From a virus (Duplodnaviria; Caudoviricetes): DNA of 64,000 nt. The stretch lies in the IMG/VR virus record IMGVR_UViG_3300029305_002795, positions 460 through 64,459 of that record; one strand, 5' to 3'. Shown piece after piece: positions 9,462 through 19,823 of this stretch; positions within the stretch are counted from its first letter, which is position 1; the number at the start of each line of letters is the position of its first letter. The notes below the pieces were generated by a model. It was given only the letters and a program-made list of their open reading frames with translations, was not told the DNA's origin and did no database searches. The translations under genes were made by a program, and so were the position numbers.

Positions 9462-9863
9462 TTGGAACCACTAGAAATTGTAAAGTTTAAATTAAATAAC
9501 TATAATATCCAATGGTCTGACCAAAACATACAATTTGTATTAGGCGAAGTAGACCAGTTCATTAAGACTTACTGTCAAATTAACAGTATTCCTGAAGAAA
9601 TGGTTTATATTCGTGCTAATTTTGTTGTTGACTATATTAGATATTTAACAGCTAACGACCCTACAAAAGAAAAAGACGTGGAAATAAATGTAGACCCTAA
9701 AGTTGGTGCTTTAACCTATATTACTTCCGGTGCTGTTTCTTATGGGTTTGCTAGTAACTCTACTGGAAAAAATAGTATAGCCAATGCACATACAAGCGAC
9801 CTTGATGAACTACTTACCAATTACAAATCACAACTAAATAAATTTAGGAGAGTTGTATGGTAA
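9462..9863 (+). CDS. Head-tail connector (adaptor)
   Basis: FIKTYC..IPEEM, G.VSY.F, QLNKFRRVVW; position. Confidence 0.8.
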   Translation: MEPLEIVKFKLNNYNIQWSDQNIQFVLGEVDQFIKTYCQINSIPEEMVYIRANFVVDYIRYLTANDPTKEKDVEINVDPKVGALTYITSGAVSYGFASNSTGKNSIANAHTSDLDELLTNYKSQLNKFRRVVW

Positions 9864-10249
9864 TTAAATATGGCTTTTTAGGCAACAAGATGTTATCAAA
9901 ATTAATGTATAAAGACCGCCTTACTGCTTCAAGGGAAGGTGAGTTGGAACGTAATTCTGATGGGAGTATGGGCTCGGACACTCTTAGCTCCTTTCTAGTT
10001 GATGAGCCTTGTTTGGTACACGAAACGACCAAGGACGCCTCAAAAGACGGTAATTTGGACGTCGCTCGCCAAGAAGTAATTGTTACAATATTTGTAGGTA
10101 ATTGCGGAATTCAACGTGGCGACGTTCTCGAATTATCGAAAGTGGACGAAACTGGTCACGTGTGTAAAGTCATTACAGGGTTAGCTGGACAACCTACATA
10201 TTATCCAGACCATTTGGAAATTAACCTATATGAATGGAAGGTGAGTTAA
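9857..10249 (+). CDS. Head closure/stopper protein
   Basis: Position and P..YPDHLEI C-terminal motif. Confidence 0.7.
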   Translation: MVIKYGFLGNKMLSKLMYKDRLTASREGELERNSDGSMGSDTLSSFLVDEPCLVHETTKDASKDGNLDVARQEVIVTIFVGNCGIQRGDVLELSKVDETGHVCKVITGLAGQPTYYPDHLEINLYEWKVS

Positions 10250-10659
10250 TGAGTGGGTTTAACCATAACGAATTTAAACAGTTTAGAAAAAACTTCCAAG
10301 GGTTAATTAATGATTACGATAATTTCCTAAATACTTTTTTGACCAAAGAAGGTATGCGTTGTATGGGTGCTTCCAAAAGACTAACACCTGTTGATACTGG
10401 TAAGTTAAAAGGGGCTTGGGAAGTAGTAGGACCGTTCAAACGTCACGGAAATGAACGTTACGTAATTATTAGAAATAATACAAAGTACGCTTCTTGGGTT
10501 GAAGACGGTCATAGAATTGTAAATCAATACGGTGATACTGGTAAATGGCAACCTGGACGTCATATGGGACGAATAGCGCTAACTAGAACCCAATTGCAGC
10601 TCGATAAACGCTTTGAAAAAGCTTTTGGGGACTTCTGTAAAGGGAAAGGGTTAAATTAA
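10249..10659 (+). CDS. HK97 gp10-like neck/tail completion protein
   Basis: TPVDTGKLKGAW, NNTKYASWVEDGHR motifs. Confidence 0.88.
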   Translation: MSGFNHNEFKQFRKNFQGLINDYDNFLNTFLTKEGMRCMGASKRLTPVDTGKLKGAWEVVGPFKRHGNERYVIIRNNTKYASWVEDGHRIVNQYGDTGKWQPGRHMGRIALTRTQLQLDKRFEKAFGDFCKGKGLN

Positions 10660-11153
10660 TGGCAAATTTCTTCCAAATTACACCTAACGAAATAATTAGC
10701 GCAGTTTGTAAATCTATTTATAAAGTGTTTGGTGACGACTTGTATATTTACAAAGAAAAAGAAACACACTTAAAACTTCCAGCCGTTACTGTTTACTGTA
10801 TCGACTATAACAAAATAAATGAACGTTCAGACCGATTTACAAATATTTTCAATATTATAATAAATTATTTTCCAGTAGACTCAATTATAATAAATAATAA
10901 AAGAACAGATATGTTCTCTACAACTGAAAAGATTATGGACTCAATAAGGTATATTAACCTTCCAGCTTTTCAAAAAGTAGGAGACCAATATGTGGAAACG
11001 ACACTTCCCAGCAAAGGTCAAGATTTTTCGGTAGACGAAAAAGAAGGATTTATGCAAATAAGTGTAACCTACACAGTAAGAACAAAATACATTAGCGCAC
11101 AACAAGCAGCGAAAATGGGCGAATTACAAATAATAATCAATGAAAACTGTTAA
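10659..11153 (+). CDS. Tail terminator-like protein
   Basis: Position directly before sheath; IYKE..LPA, IINYFP. Confidence 0.7.
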   Translation: MANFFQITPNEIISAVCKSIYKVFGDDLYIYKEKETHLKLPAVTVYCIDYNKINERSDRFTNIFNIIINYFPVDSIIINNKRTDMFSTTEKIMDSIRYINLPAFQKVGDQYVETTLPSKGQDFSVDEKEGFMQISVTYTVRTKYISAQQAAKMGELQIIINENC

Positions 11154-11177
11154 TACAAAAATAGGAGGATTATAAAT

Positions 11178-12701
11178 ATGGCAGGTGGAGTTTTCCAAAG
11201 TCAAAACAAAGTAAGAGCTGGTGCTTATATTAACTTTGAGTCTGTTCCAAAACCTATGACAAAAGTTGGTACAAGAGGCATTGCTACTATCGCTATTCCT
11301 TTAACTTGGGGCGATACTTTAACAGAACTTTATAGTACAGATTTAACAGACGGTTCTTCTTTAGCTAAAGTTGGTTTAGACGTAACTGACGAGGAAGCGT
11401 TAATTTTAAGAAAACTTTTAACACACACTTACAAAGCATTTATTTATAGATTAGATGCTGGTGGTAAACAAGCAGAAGCTACTGTTGGAACTAAAAAATT
11501 TACTGCTAAATATGCAGGTACTTTTGGTAACAACATTGAAATTGTAGTTCTTCAAAACTTATACGCTTATACAGGCACAACAACTGGCAACTTCTACACT
11601 AACGAAGAATTAGCGAATGGAACAATTCTTTATGGTGATGAAGGTTTAGATACTGCTATCGGAGTTGTTACTGCTTACTCTAATACAGATGGTATTAAAA
11701 TTACAGTTGGCGAAGGAACAGAAGAAACTGTTAGCGTTGCTACATCCGACGCTATTACATATACAGTTCAAACAATTGTAAACGGTGTTAAAAAAGACCA
11801 ACAAACAGTAAAAGACGGTTCAGGCTTAGTTGATAACGCTTATGTTGTTTTCGATGAATCAACTGCTTTACAAGTAACTGCTGGAACTCCTTTAACAGGT
11901 GGTACAGACGGAACTGTTGCAGATACTGCTTATACTGCTTACTTTGCAGAAATGGGTAAACATAAATTTGATACTATGGGTCTTCCTTACGCTACTTCAA
12001 AGGCTGTATTAGACGCCGGTAAATTATTCATTACTCAACAAAACGAAGATTACGGAAGAAAATGTAAATTAGTTGTATTAAAATCAGCTACAGATAGCGA
12101 CTATGTAATCAATTCAATTAACGGTTATAAAATAGTTGGCGAAACAGTAACTCCTGAAATCTTTGTTGCAGAAGTAACTGGTTTAGATGCTGGTGCGGCT
12201 ATTAATGAATCATTAACTTATCATGTAGTTGCTGACCCTGAAGTAGCAGTTGAAATCATCGACCAAATTCCTGATAAAGATATTGAAAAAGCATTAAATG
12301 CAGGTAAATTCATTTTATCAAAACGTGATGACGGTGCTATCGTAATCGAAAAAGATATTAACTCTTTCCATACATTTGTTCCTAAGAAAGGTTACGCTTT
12401 CTCTAAAAACAGAGTAAAAAGAACTTTAGATGAAATCGCTAATACTTTCAAATTAAAATGGACAACAACTTACGTTGGAAAAGTTGATAACAACGCTTCA
12501 GGTAGAGCTATTTACAAAGGTGATTGCATCAACTACCTAAATACATTACAAAACACTTACAACGCTATCCAAAACTTTAACCCTGAAACAGATATTGAAG
12601 TTATAGCTGGACAAGACATTGATGCGGTTGTTGTTAATTTAACAGTACAACCAGTTGATTCAATGGAAAAATTATACATGACAGTTAAGGTTAATGGATA
12701 A
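11178..12701 (+). CDS. Contractile tail sheath protein (XkdK-like)
   Basis: MAGGVF..QNKVRAGAYINF, LTGGTDG, IEKDINS, FSKNRVKRTLD, VQPVDSMEKLYMTV. Confidence 0.95.
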   Translation: MAGGVFQSQNKVRAGAYINFESVPKPMTKVGTRGIATIAIPLTWGDTLTELYSTDLTDGSSLAKVGLDVTDEEALILRKLLTHTYKAFIYRLDAGGKQAEATVGTKKFTAKYAGTFGNNIEIVVLQNLYAYTGTTTGNFYTNEELANGTILYGDEGLDTAIGVVTAYSNTDGIKITVGEGTEETVSVATSDAITYTVQTIVNGVKKDQQTVKDGSGLVDNAYVVFDESTALQVTAGTPLTGGTDGTVADTAYTAYFAEMGKHKFDTMGLPYATSKAVLDAGKLFITQQNEDYGRKCKLVVLKSATDSDYVINSINGYKIVGETVTPEIFVAEVTGLDAGAAINESLTYHVVADPEVAVEIIDQIPDKDIEKALNAGKFILSKRDDGAIVIEKDINSFHTFVPKKGYAFSKNRVKRTLDEIANTFKLKWTTTYVGKVDNNASGRAIYKGDCINYLNTLQNTYNAIQNFNPETDIEVIAGQDIDAVVVNLTVQPVDSMEKLYMTVKVNG

Positions 12702-12718
12702 TAAAGGAGGAACGATAA

Positions 12719-13177
12719 ATGATTTTAAATGCAGGTGATACAATTAGCGGGCAAGAGGGTAAAGTTACCGCTAATATCAACGGTGAAATCGTAGATATGT
12801 TTTACATCAAAACATTAGAAGCGACTGTTGAAAAAACAAAAGAAGAAGTTAGAACACTTGGTAAACGTGGCGTTCAGCATAAAACTATTGGTTGGACTGG
12901 TACTGGTTCATTAAGTGCTTACTATGTAACTAGCGACTTCTTAAAAATGGCAAACGATTATATCAAAAATGGTGTGGATACTTACTTCACAATTACCATT
13001 GAAAACAATGACCCTACTTCTACAATTGGCACTCAAACCGTTGTACTTTCAGGGGTAAACATTGACAACTTACCAGTTGCTAAAGTGGATGTTGAAGATT
13101 CTGTTTTAGACTTTGAAACTGACTTCACATTCAGCGACCTAGATATAATCAACTCATTTGGTCTTCCAGCCGTTTAA
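12719..13177 (+). CDS. Tail tube protein (XkdM-like)
   Basis: DTISGQEG, HKTIGWTGTG, NNDPTS.IG.QTV, DFTF. Confidence 0.93.
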   Translation: MILNAGDTISGQEGKVTANINGEIVDMFYIKTLEATVEKTKEEVRTLGKRGVQHKTIGWTGTGSLSAYYVTSDFLKMANDYIKNGVDTYFTITIENNDPTSTIGTQTVVLSGVNIDNLPVAKVDVEDSVLDFETDFTFSDLDIINSFGLPAV

Positions 13178-13205
13178 TTTATAATAAAAGAAAAGGAGCA
13201 AAACA

Positions 13206-13610
13206 ATGGCAAAAGATTTAATTAGTTTTCTAGCAAGTAATCCAGTTGCGGAATTGGTACAAGAAGTATCAATTCCGGGACGACTTGCTGGCTACACGTT
13301 TAAAATTAAACCTATTTCACAAAAAGAATACTACGACTATCAACAAAGATGTACAAGTATTGTAGGTAAGGATAAAGGGGTTAAATTTAATTCAGGACGA
13401 TTTAGCGAACTTATTATTTTAAACCACGTTATTGAACCTAATTTTAGAAGTGTAGAAGTTTTAGACCAACTTAAAGCTAAAACACCTGAGGAAGTTTTAA
13501 ATAAATTTTTCTTAGGTGGCGAGTTGCAAGAACTTACCGGAAAAATTAGTGAAATTTCAGGGTTTAACACTTCCGATGAAGAATTAGAGGAAGAAGTAAA
13601 AAACTCTTAA
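13206..13610 (+). CDS. Tail assembly chaperone (XkdN-like); long form by -1 frameshift ends at 13795
   Basis: Between tube and tape measure; slippery A-AAA-AAC at 13598-13604; -1 frame open to TAG 13793-13795. Confidence 0.88.
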   Translation: MAKDLISFLASNPVAELVQEVSIPGRLAGYTFKIKPISQKEYYDYQQRCTSIVGKDKGVKFNSGRFSELIILNHVIEPNFRSVEVLDQLKAKTPEEVLNKFFLGGELQELTGKISEISGFNTSDEELEEEVKNS

Positions 13611-13795
13611 CCGACAGAGATAGAGACACTTGGTTTGCCTATGTCTGTTGGAACAAACACCACAGATTCCCTAGTGAATACTTAACATTAAGTCGTGAAG
13701 AACAGGCTGCTATTAGGGTATTCATTACGGAAGATGCTAAACAACAAGAAAAACAAGCCAAAAAAGCCAAACAAACGAAAGGACGGAAAAGATAG

Positions 13796-15910
13796 ATGGC
13801 CGCTATAAATAATTCCCTTAATTTAAACGACCGTATGACGCCCGTTCTTCGTTCAATAATGAAAGCACTTGATTCCACACTTGTCGCAATGGCGAGTGTG
13901 GATAAAGTTTCTCAAAAAGCTTTCCAACAAGCTACACGTGATGCACAGAACGCTTCAAAAGCTATTGACGGTTTTAGAGCGTCGTTAGTTAATTCCTCTA
14001 GTTCTGTAAGAGGTGTAGAAACGTCTATGGACGGACTTATAGGAAAGGCTAAACAACTTTTAGCCACTTATGTAGGATTCCAAGGGTTAAGTAACCTAGT
14101 ATCGAGTGGAGACACCTTTATTGGCAACGTAGCACGTTTAGATTTAATGAACGACGGTCTACAAACAACCGCACAGTTACAACAACAAATTTATGAAGCG
14201 TCGCAAAGGTCTTTGGGTAATTATAACGAAATGACTGCAGCCGTTGCTAAATTAGGTATTACTGCTAATCACGCTTTTGGAAGTAGTAAAGAAATTGTAG
14301 CCTTTACCGAATTACTAAACAAACAATTCAGTATTGCAGGGGCGAGTCAATCCGAAAAAGCCGGCGCAATGTACCAATTAACACAGGCAATGGCATCAGG
14401 ACGTTTACAAGGGGACGAGTTCCGTTCAATCTTAGAAAACGCCCCAATGTTGGCTAAAACAATTGCCGACTCAATGGGCATGAACTATAAACAAATGAAG
14501 GAAGCTTCAACAAAGGGTTTAATTACTTCCGACATTATCAAAAAGGCTTTATTTAGTGTAGCCGACGAAACAAATAAAAAGTTTGCGGAAATGCCAATGA
14601 AATTTGGAGATTTGTGGATGCAAACTATAAATAAAGTTGTTAAAGGTTTAGAACCGCTACACATAAAATTTAGAGATTTGTGGAACAGTAGAGAATTCCA
14701 AGGGTTTATAGACGGAATGACAAACGGATTTGTAAAATTAATGCAATACGCCATCCCTGTTTTCACTGCAATAGCTGGAATGATAGCTTGGGTTGGGGAT
14801 ACTTGGGATTTATTAGCTCCGATTATAGGTGGAGTAACTGCCGCTCTTTTAGTTCATTATGGTGTTATAGCTTGGGGTTCCGCTATGAAGGCTAAAGCGT
14901 TTATGTTGGAGAAGGCTCAACTTATCGGTTCTACATTAGCTACAATGGGTTACACACTCGCAACCTTTGCGTCCACTTGGGCTACAAAGGGCTTCACAGT
15001 AGCGGCAAAGGGATTAGGGGTAGCACTTAAAGCTCTTCCACTTACTTGGATTCTTTACGCAGTGGTAGCGTTAATAGCTATTTTTTACTTTGTTATCGCA
15101 GTAATAAATGAGGTTATGGGAACCACACATAGTGCTACTGGAATTATAGTTGGTGCTATTACAGGGGCGGTAGCAATCATTTGGAATGTTTTATTAGCCT
15201 TAGGGGAATTTATATTTGGGGTAATTACTGGAGCCTGGAACTTGATAGCTATGTTCGCTAATTTCTTCGCAAACGTGTTCCATAACCCAGTAGCTGCCGG
15301 CATAGCTGCCTTTCAAGCATTGGGGATGGCTGTGTTGAATATTATTGGGGGTATTGCTAAAGCGTTGGATACTGTTTTCGGCAGTAACTTATACGAAAAT
15401 GTCGAAGGCTGGAAAACTGGTTTAAAACAAACAACAAACGAGTTCTTAAATAAGGCAGCCCAAGAGGGTAAGTACAACGAGGTTATGCCTTTAGTAGATA
15501 AAACTTTAAGTGAACTGGGTGGTTTCGGCGATTTAGGACGTATGGGAGTTAAAGATGCGTTTAACTTTGGATACGAAAAAGGCGACAATTTCCAACAAGG
15601 TATAAAAGACAATTTTAAAATTGGTAATAAAGTGTTTAATATGGACGACCAATTCTTTAAAGATATGCAAGCAGACTTGGCTAAAACTGCCGTAAACACA
15701 GGTAAACTAGCGGAAGGTGTAAACTTGGCAGACGAAGATGTTGAACTACTAAAAGAAAATGCTCGTGTAAACTTTGTAAATAAATTTACGACAATGACTC
15801 CAAACGTTAATGCTTCATTTGGAGATGTTCGTGAAACTGCTGACGTTAAAGGTATTATTGAAACACTTAAACAATCTGTTTTAGATGCTTTAGAAAGCAG
15901 TTTGACATAG
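13796..15910 (+). CDS. Tape measure protein
   Basis: QLTQAMASGRLQGDEFRSILENAP tape-measure N-terminal motif; Ala/Gly-rich hydrophobic middle. Confidence 0.95.
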   Translation: MAAINNSLNLNDRMTPVLRSIMKALDSTLVAMASVDKVSQKAFQQATRDAQNASKAIDGFRASLVNSSSSVRGVETSMDGLIGKAKQLLATYVGFQGLSNLVSSGDTFIGNVARLDLMNDGLQTTAQLQQQIYEASQRSLGNYNEMTAAVAKLGITANHAFGSSKEIVAFTELLNKQFSIAGASQSEKAGAMYQLTQAMASGRLQGDEFRSILENAPMLAKTIADSMGMNYKQMKEASTKGLITSDIIKKALFSVADETNKKFAEMPMKFGDLWMQTINKVVKGLEPLHIKFRDLWNSREFQGFIDGMTNGFVKLMQYAIPVFTAIAGMIAWVGDTWDLLAPIIGGVTAALLVHYGVIAWGSAMKAKAFMLEKAQLIGSTLATMGYTLATFASTWATKGFTVAAKGLGVALKALPLTWILYAVVALIAIFYFVIAVINEVMGTTHSATGIIVGAITGAVAIIWNVLLALGEFIFGVITGAWNLIAMFANFFANVFHNPVAAGIAAFQALGMAVLNIIGGIAKALDTVFGSNLYENVEGWKTGLKQTTNEFLNKAAQEGKYNEVMPLVDKTLSELGGFGDLGRMGVKDAFNFGYEKGDNFQQGIKDNFKIGNKVFNMDDQFFKDMQADLAKTAVNTGKLAEGVNLADEDVELLKENARVNFVNKFTTMTPNVNASFGDVRETADVKGIIETLKQSVLDALESSLT

Positions 15911-15922
15911 GGGGTTTAAATT

Positions 15923-16762
15923 ATGGCAATTAAATTTTATTTTTTACCAGTCGCACAAAGTGTAACACAATTAATAGTGGATATTAAGAAAAAACAATTA
16001 ACAAAAGCCAGCATTTTAAATTATGCTAAACAATTTTTTCTTAGCACTTTAACGTTACCAGTAAACCCTGAAATAATTGAGGTTACTACTAACAGTGATA
16101 ATAAAAAGACTAACGTTGTTAAATTAGGTCAAATTGTTATTCCTAAAGGGGTGGAATTGTCCACTTTAACTATCGAAAGTTTCTTTCCGGGACAAGCTAA
16201 TTTTATACAGGATACGGCTGCTAAATACTTACCGCCTTATTTGATAAGACCTATGAGTGCAGTATTTAGTAACTTTACACCTGAACAGTATTTCCAGTAT
16301 TTTGAAAACTTACAAAAGGCAGAAGTTCCTGTTAGGTTAATTGTTACCGAATGTGGAATTGATATGGATGTATTAGTAGAGTCCATTTCTAAAAAATACA
16401 TTACTTGCGATAGTGATTTGCACTATGTTCTAAATTTAATCGAATATAAAGACCACTCGCCAACTAAATTAAGACAAGCAGTAAAAACCACACAGGACGT
16501 AGCTTCCACAGTTAAAAAAGTAATACCATCTTTGCCCGATAGACAAAAGAAGGGATTAGCTATTGGGGATACTGTTGTTGTAAATGGTAAATACTTTTAT
16601 GATAGTTTTGGAGCTAGTCCTACTGGAACATTTACTAACTTTAAGGGTAAAATAAGTCATATAGCCAGCAACAAAAACGCTACAAACAAATATCACATAA
16701 CTACAATGGATGGCGGTTGGAGAGGCTGGGTTAAACAAGACCAAATACAAGGGGTTCAATAG
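15923..16762 (+). CDS. Tail tube initiator/baseplate hub protein (XkdP-like) with C-terminal SH3-like domain
   Basis: LPVNPE, IESFFP; C-terminal GDTVVVNG...YHIT..GGWRGWV. Confidence 0.8.
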   Translation: MAIKFYFLPVAQSVTQLIVDIKKKQLTKASILNYAKQFFLSTLTLPVNPEIIEVTTNSDNKKTNVVKLGQIVIPKGVELSTLTIESFFPGQANFIQDTAAKYLPPYLIRPMSAVFSNFTPEQYFQYFENLQKAEVPVRLIVTECGIDMDVLVESISKKYITCDSDLHYVLNLIEYKDHSPTKLRQAVKTTQDVASTVKKVIPSLPDRQKKGLAIGDTVVVNGKYFYDSFGASPTGTFTNFKGKISHIASNKNATNKYHITTMDGGWRGWVKQDQIQGVQ

Positions 16763-17770
16763 ATGGTCGATATTGAGATAATCGCAACCAAAAATGAAAA
16801 CGGAAAACAATGGGACATAGGGTCTATCTGTGAAGAAGTTAGTTTAAATTATGTTCTTAACGATACTGCTGCCACTATGGAAATTTCTTGTGTAAAAGTT
16901 CCGGAAATCGACCTTGTAGAAGGTGATGTTGTATCTTTAAAAGTTGACGGTGTTCATATGTTTTATGGCTGGATTTTTAAAAAGAGTTTTTCAGCTTATG
17001 AATCTGTTAAATATAAAGCTTACGATATTAAAAGATATTTAGCCTATAAAGACGTAATGGTTACTAGCGGCGAAACCGTTAATGAATTTTTTGAACGTAT
17101 TTGTAAAGCTGGAGAATTTCCTTACAAGGTAGTGGATACAAGTAGTTATAAAATACCAAGTAAAATCCATGACGGTGAAACCCTTAACACAATGTTGGAA
17201 TACGCTATAGACCAAACTTTTATAGGAACGGAAGAAAGGTTTTGTGTTCGTGCCAATGGTAGTACATTAGAATTAATAAATTGTGGAAAACAATTAACAG
17301 ACATAGTTATAGGGGACAAAAGTTTATTATTAGATTATGAATTTAGTACGGATATTGAGAATACTTATACGGTTTTTAAAGTTCAAAGGGAAGCTGAAGG
17401 CGAGGACCAAAAGAAGAAAAAGGAAGAGAACAAAGGGTTAAAACGTGATAAAGTTGTATGGACAGACCAAGAAAACGTTAAAAAATGGGGTGTCTTACAA
17501 TATTACGAAAAAATGGATTCTAAATGGACTATGTCGCAAATTAACGCCCATTTAGAACTTCTTAAAGCACGATATAACAAACAAACTAAAACTCTAAAAC
17601 TTGAATGTTTAGGGGACACAAAATGTATAGCTGGTAATATGATTACACTATTAATTTCCGATTTAGAGGAAGAAAAAGTGGCACAGGGTCACTATGTTTT
17701 AATTACTAGCGCTACACACAAAATTTCCCATAACGAACATACAATGAGTTTAGACGTGGAGGTAATTTAA
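16763..17770 (+). CDS. Baseplate hub protein (XkdQ/YqbQ-like)
   Basis: KAYDIKRYL, KKWGVLQYYE, LGDTKCIAG, HTMSL. Confidence 0.9.
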   Translation: MVDIEIIATKNENGKQWDIGSICEEVSLNYVLNDTAATMEISCVKVPEIDLVEGDVVSLKVDGVHMFYGWIFKKSFSAYESVKYKAYDIKRYLAYKDVMVTSGETVNEFFERICKAGEFPYKVVDTSSYKIPSKIHDGETLNTMLEYAIDQTFIGTEERFCVRANGSTLELINCGKQLTDIVIGDKSLLLDYEFSTDIENTYTVFKVQREAEGEDQKKKKEENKGLKRDKVVWTDQENVKKWGVLQYYEKMDSKWTMSQINAHLELLKARYNKQTKTLKLECLGDTKCIAGNMITLLISDLEEEKVAQGHYVLITSATHKISHNEHTMSLDVEVI

Positions 17771-18231
17771 TGGAATTTGGACAAGTAATTTTAGAGGCTA
17801 CAAAAAAAGCTAATCAACTTCCAGATAGCAGGTTTAGTGATGTTCTTACTGGTAAAGTAACAGGGGTAAATCCTTTAAAAATAAATATTAGTGAAAAATT
17901 ACAATTAACCGAAAAGAATTTAATTTTAAGTGCGTTTGTACAAGAAACTTGGATTAATGTACCAACAACCCCAAACCCTTTAGAACCAGCTGACGGAAAA
18001 TATCAACATAGACATTTCATAGATGCCGAAACAGAATTGGCAAATGACGGACAAGGAGCCGACCACAAACACGCAATTAAAATTTACACAGAGTTTGCAC
18101 ACCCTAAAATTTTATTATGGCGTGGTTTACAAGTGGGCGACTTTGTTTATTTATTAAGGGTAGCTAAAGGACAAACATACTTTGTATTACAACGCCAAGA
18201 AGGCATTACAAACGAATTTGGAGAACAGTAA
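17770..18231 (+). CDS. Baseplate spike-like protein (DUF2577/XkdR-like)
   Basis: G.VT.VNPLKI, H.H motifs, RGLQVGD.V.LLR..KGQ.YFVL. Confidence 0.8.
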   Translation: MEFGQVILEATKKANQLPDSRFSDVLTGKVTGVNPLKINISEKLQLTEKNLILSAFVQETWINVPTTPNPLEPADGKYQHRHFIDAETELANDGQGADHKHAIKIYTEFAHPKILLWRGLQVGDFVYLLRVAKGQTYFVLQRQEGITNEFGEQ

Positions 18232-18638
18232 TGATACCACAATTACAAACAAATGTAGAAACACAAGATATAGAATATGCAACCGAGCCCACTAAAACGT
18301 ATAAATTGGATTTTACCAATAAGCGTATTGTAGGGGTCACAGACGGTTTAGAAGCGTATAGAATTGCGGCACAAAAAATGTTAATGACTGAAAGATACGC
18401 CCACGTTATTTATGACGGCAATTATGGTTTTAATAAAAATAATTATATAGGTAAGGAATTTGATTTTATAAAAGGTTCCATTGAACGTGATATTTACGAA
18501 GCGCTAAGTCAAGACGATAGATTTCAAGGAATGGAAAATTTTATAATAACCAAAACAGGGATAGATAGTTGTACAATAACATTTAATATCAATTCTACTG
18601 AAGGTACGGTTCCAATGGAAATGAATGTGCAGGTGTAA
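18231..18638 (+). CDS. Baseplate protein, gp25-like (DUF2634/XkdS)
   Basis: PTKTYKLDF, KMLMTERYAHVIY..NYG, EALSQDDRF. Confidence 0.88.
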   Translation: MIPQLQTNVETQDIEYATEPTKTYKLDFTNKRIVGVTDGLEAYRIAAQKMLMTERYAHVIYDGNYGFNKNNYIGKEFDFIKGSIERDIYEALSQDDRFQGMENFIITKTGIDSCTITFNINSTEGTVPMEMNVQV

Positions 18639-18641
18639 TTT

Positions 18642-19823
18642 ATGACAATCGGAAGTTACTTAGAAATTTATACAAAAGAATATTTGTTAAATATGGCACT
18701 TGAAGAGGTAGACGACGAAACCGACAAAAGACAAGGCTCTGTAATATATGACACGTTGTCTATTTTTTGTACAAAAATGGCAGACGTTTTTATGGAATTT
18801 AAAAAAATAGTAGACCAAGCCTATATTATCGACGCCACCGAAGAACAAAAAATTGATTACAGGGTTGCGGAACGTGGTATTACAAGGGAACAAGCCACAA
18901 AGGCAGAAAGACTTGGAACTTTTACATACGCAAACGGTACTCCTGCTACTGTTCCAGTTGGTTCATTGTTTAGTACAATTGATGAAAATAAAGCTAATAT
19001 TATTAACTATAAAGTCGTTGGAAATTATGTTGTTGACGATGTAATTGTTCCTGGAAATTATGTTTTAGAATGTGAAACACCCGGAACAGTAGGAAACACT
19101 TATTACGGCGAAATTTTACCATTAACAGAAATGGATACTTTAGGGTCAGCCACTTTAACAACTGTTTTGACACCTGCCAGGGACAAGGAAACAAATGAAT
19201 CCGTTAAGGAACGCTATTTCGCTACATTTAATGTTGAAGCGTTTGGTGGTAACTTAGCGGATTACAAACAGTACATGAAAGAATTTGATGGTGTTGGTCA
19301 AAGTCAAATTTATCCAAGAACAAGTAAAGAAGATAAAACCATTGTTATTTCCTGTGTTGACCCTAGTAACCAACCAATTTCCGAAGAATACCAAAACACA
19401 ATCGAACAGACTTTGGACCCGGAAAACTTTTATGACAACGGAAATAATACAAAGGGTTTAGGTCTTGGGGTTGTACCTATTGGACATTATGTAGTAATAA
19501 CAGCTCCAACCGAAACAGTTTTGAATATCGAAATAGAAGCTATTTTAGGAAATACTGCTTATTTACCGACTGTACAAGCAAACATTGAAGCTAATATACA
19601 AGTCTATATTAAACAAATACAAGACCAATGGGCGGACGGTAACGGTGAATATAAATCTATTATTTACCACAACCAAATATTAGCAAATGCGATTAGGGCA
19701 GAAGGTGTTCAAAATATTGTTTCTTGTAAAATAAACGGTGAAGAAAAAGATATTGAATTAATACAAACTAAAGAAGAACAATTTATAGCAAAATTAGGAA
19801 CAGTGAATGTGAGTGTGGCTTAA
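18642..19823 (+). CDS. Baseplate wedge J-like protein (XkdT)
   Basis: DKRQGSVIYD, CETPGTVGN, FGGNLADYKQ, PIGH.V. Confidence 0.92.
   Translation: MTIGSYLEIYTKEYLLNMALEEVDDETDKRQGSVIYDTLSIFCTKMADVFMEFKKIVDQAYIIDATEEQKIDYRVAERGITREQATKAERLGTFTYANGTPATVPVGSLFSTIDENKANIINYKVVGNYVVDDVIVPGNYVLECETPGTVGNTYYGEILPLTEMDTLGSATLTTVLTPARDKETNESVKERYFATFNVEAFGGNLADYKQYMKEFDGVGQSQIYPRTSKEDKTIVISCVDPSNQPISEEYQNTIEQTLDPENFYDNGNNTKGLGLGVVPIGHYVVITAPTETVLNIEIEAILGNTAYLPTVQANIEANIQVYIKQIQDQWADGNGEYKSIIYHNQILANAIRAEGVQNIVSCKINGEEKDIELIQTKEEQFIAKLGTVNVSVA

Noticed and set aside
13340-15699. Antisense ORFs in the track (e.g. 13340-13570, 13639-13878, 14485-14766, 15085-15303, 15313-15699, and similar ones elsewhere such as 34216-34548 and 63389-63682)
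   Set aside because: Shadows of well-supported + strand genes; no RBS or recognisable motifs
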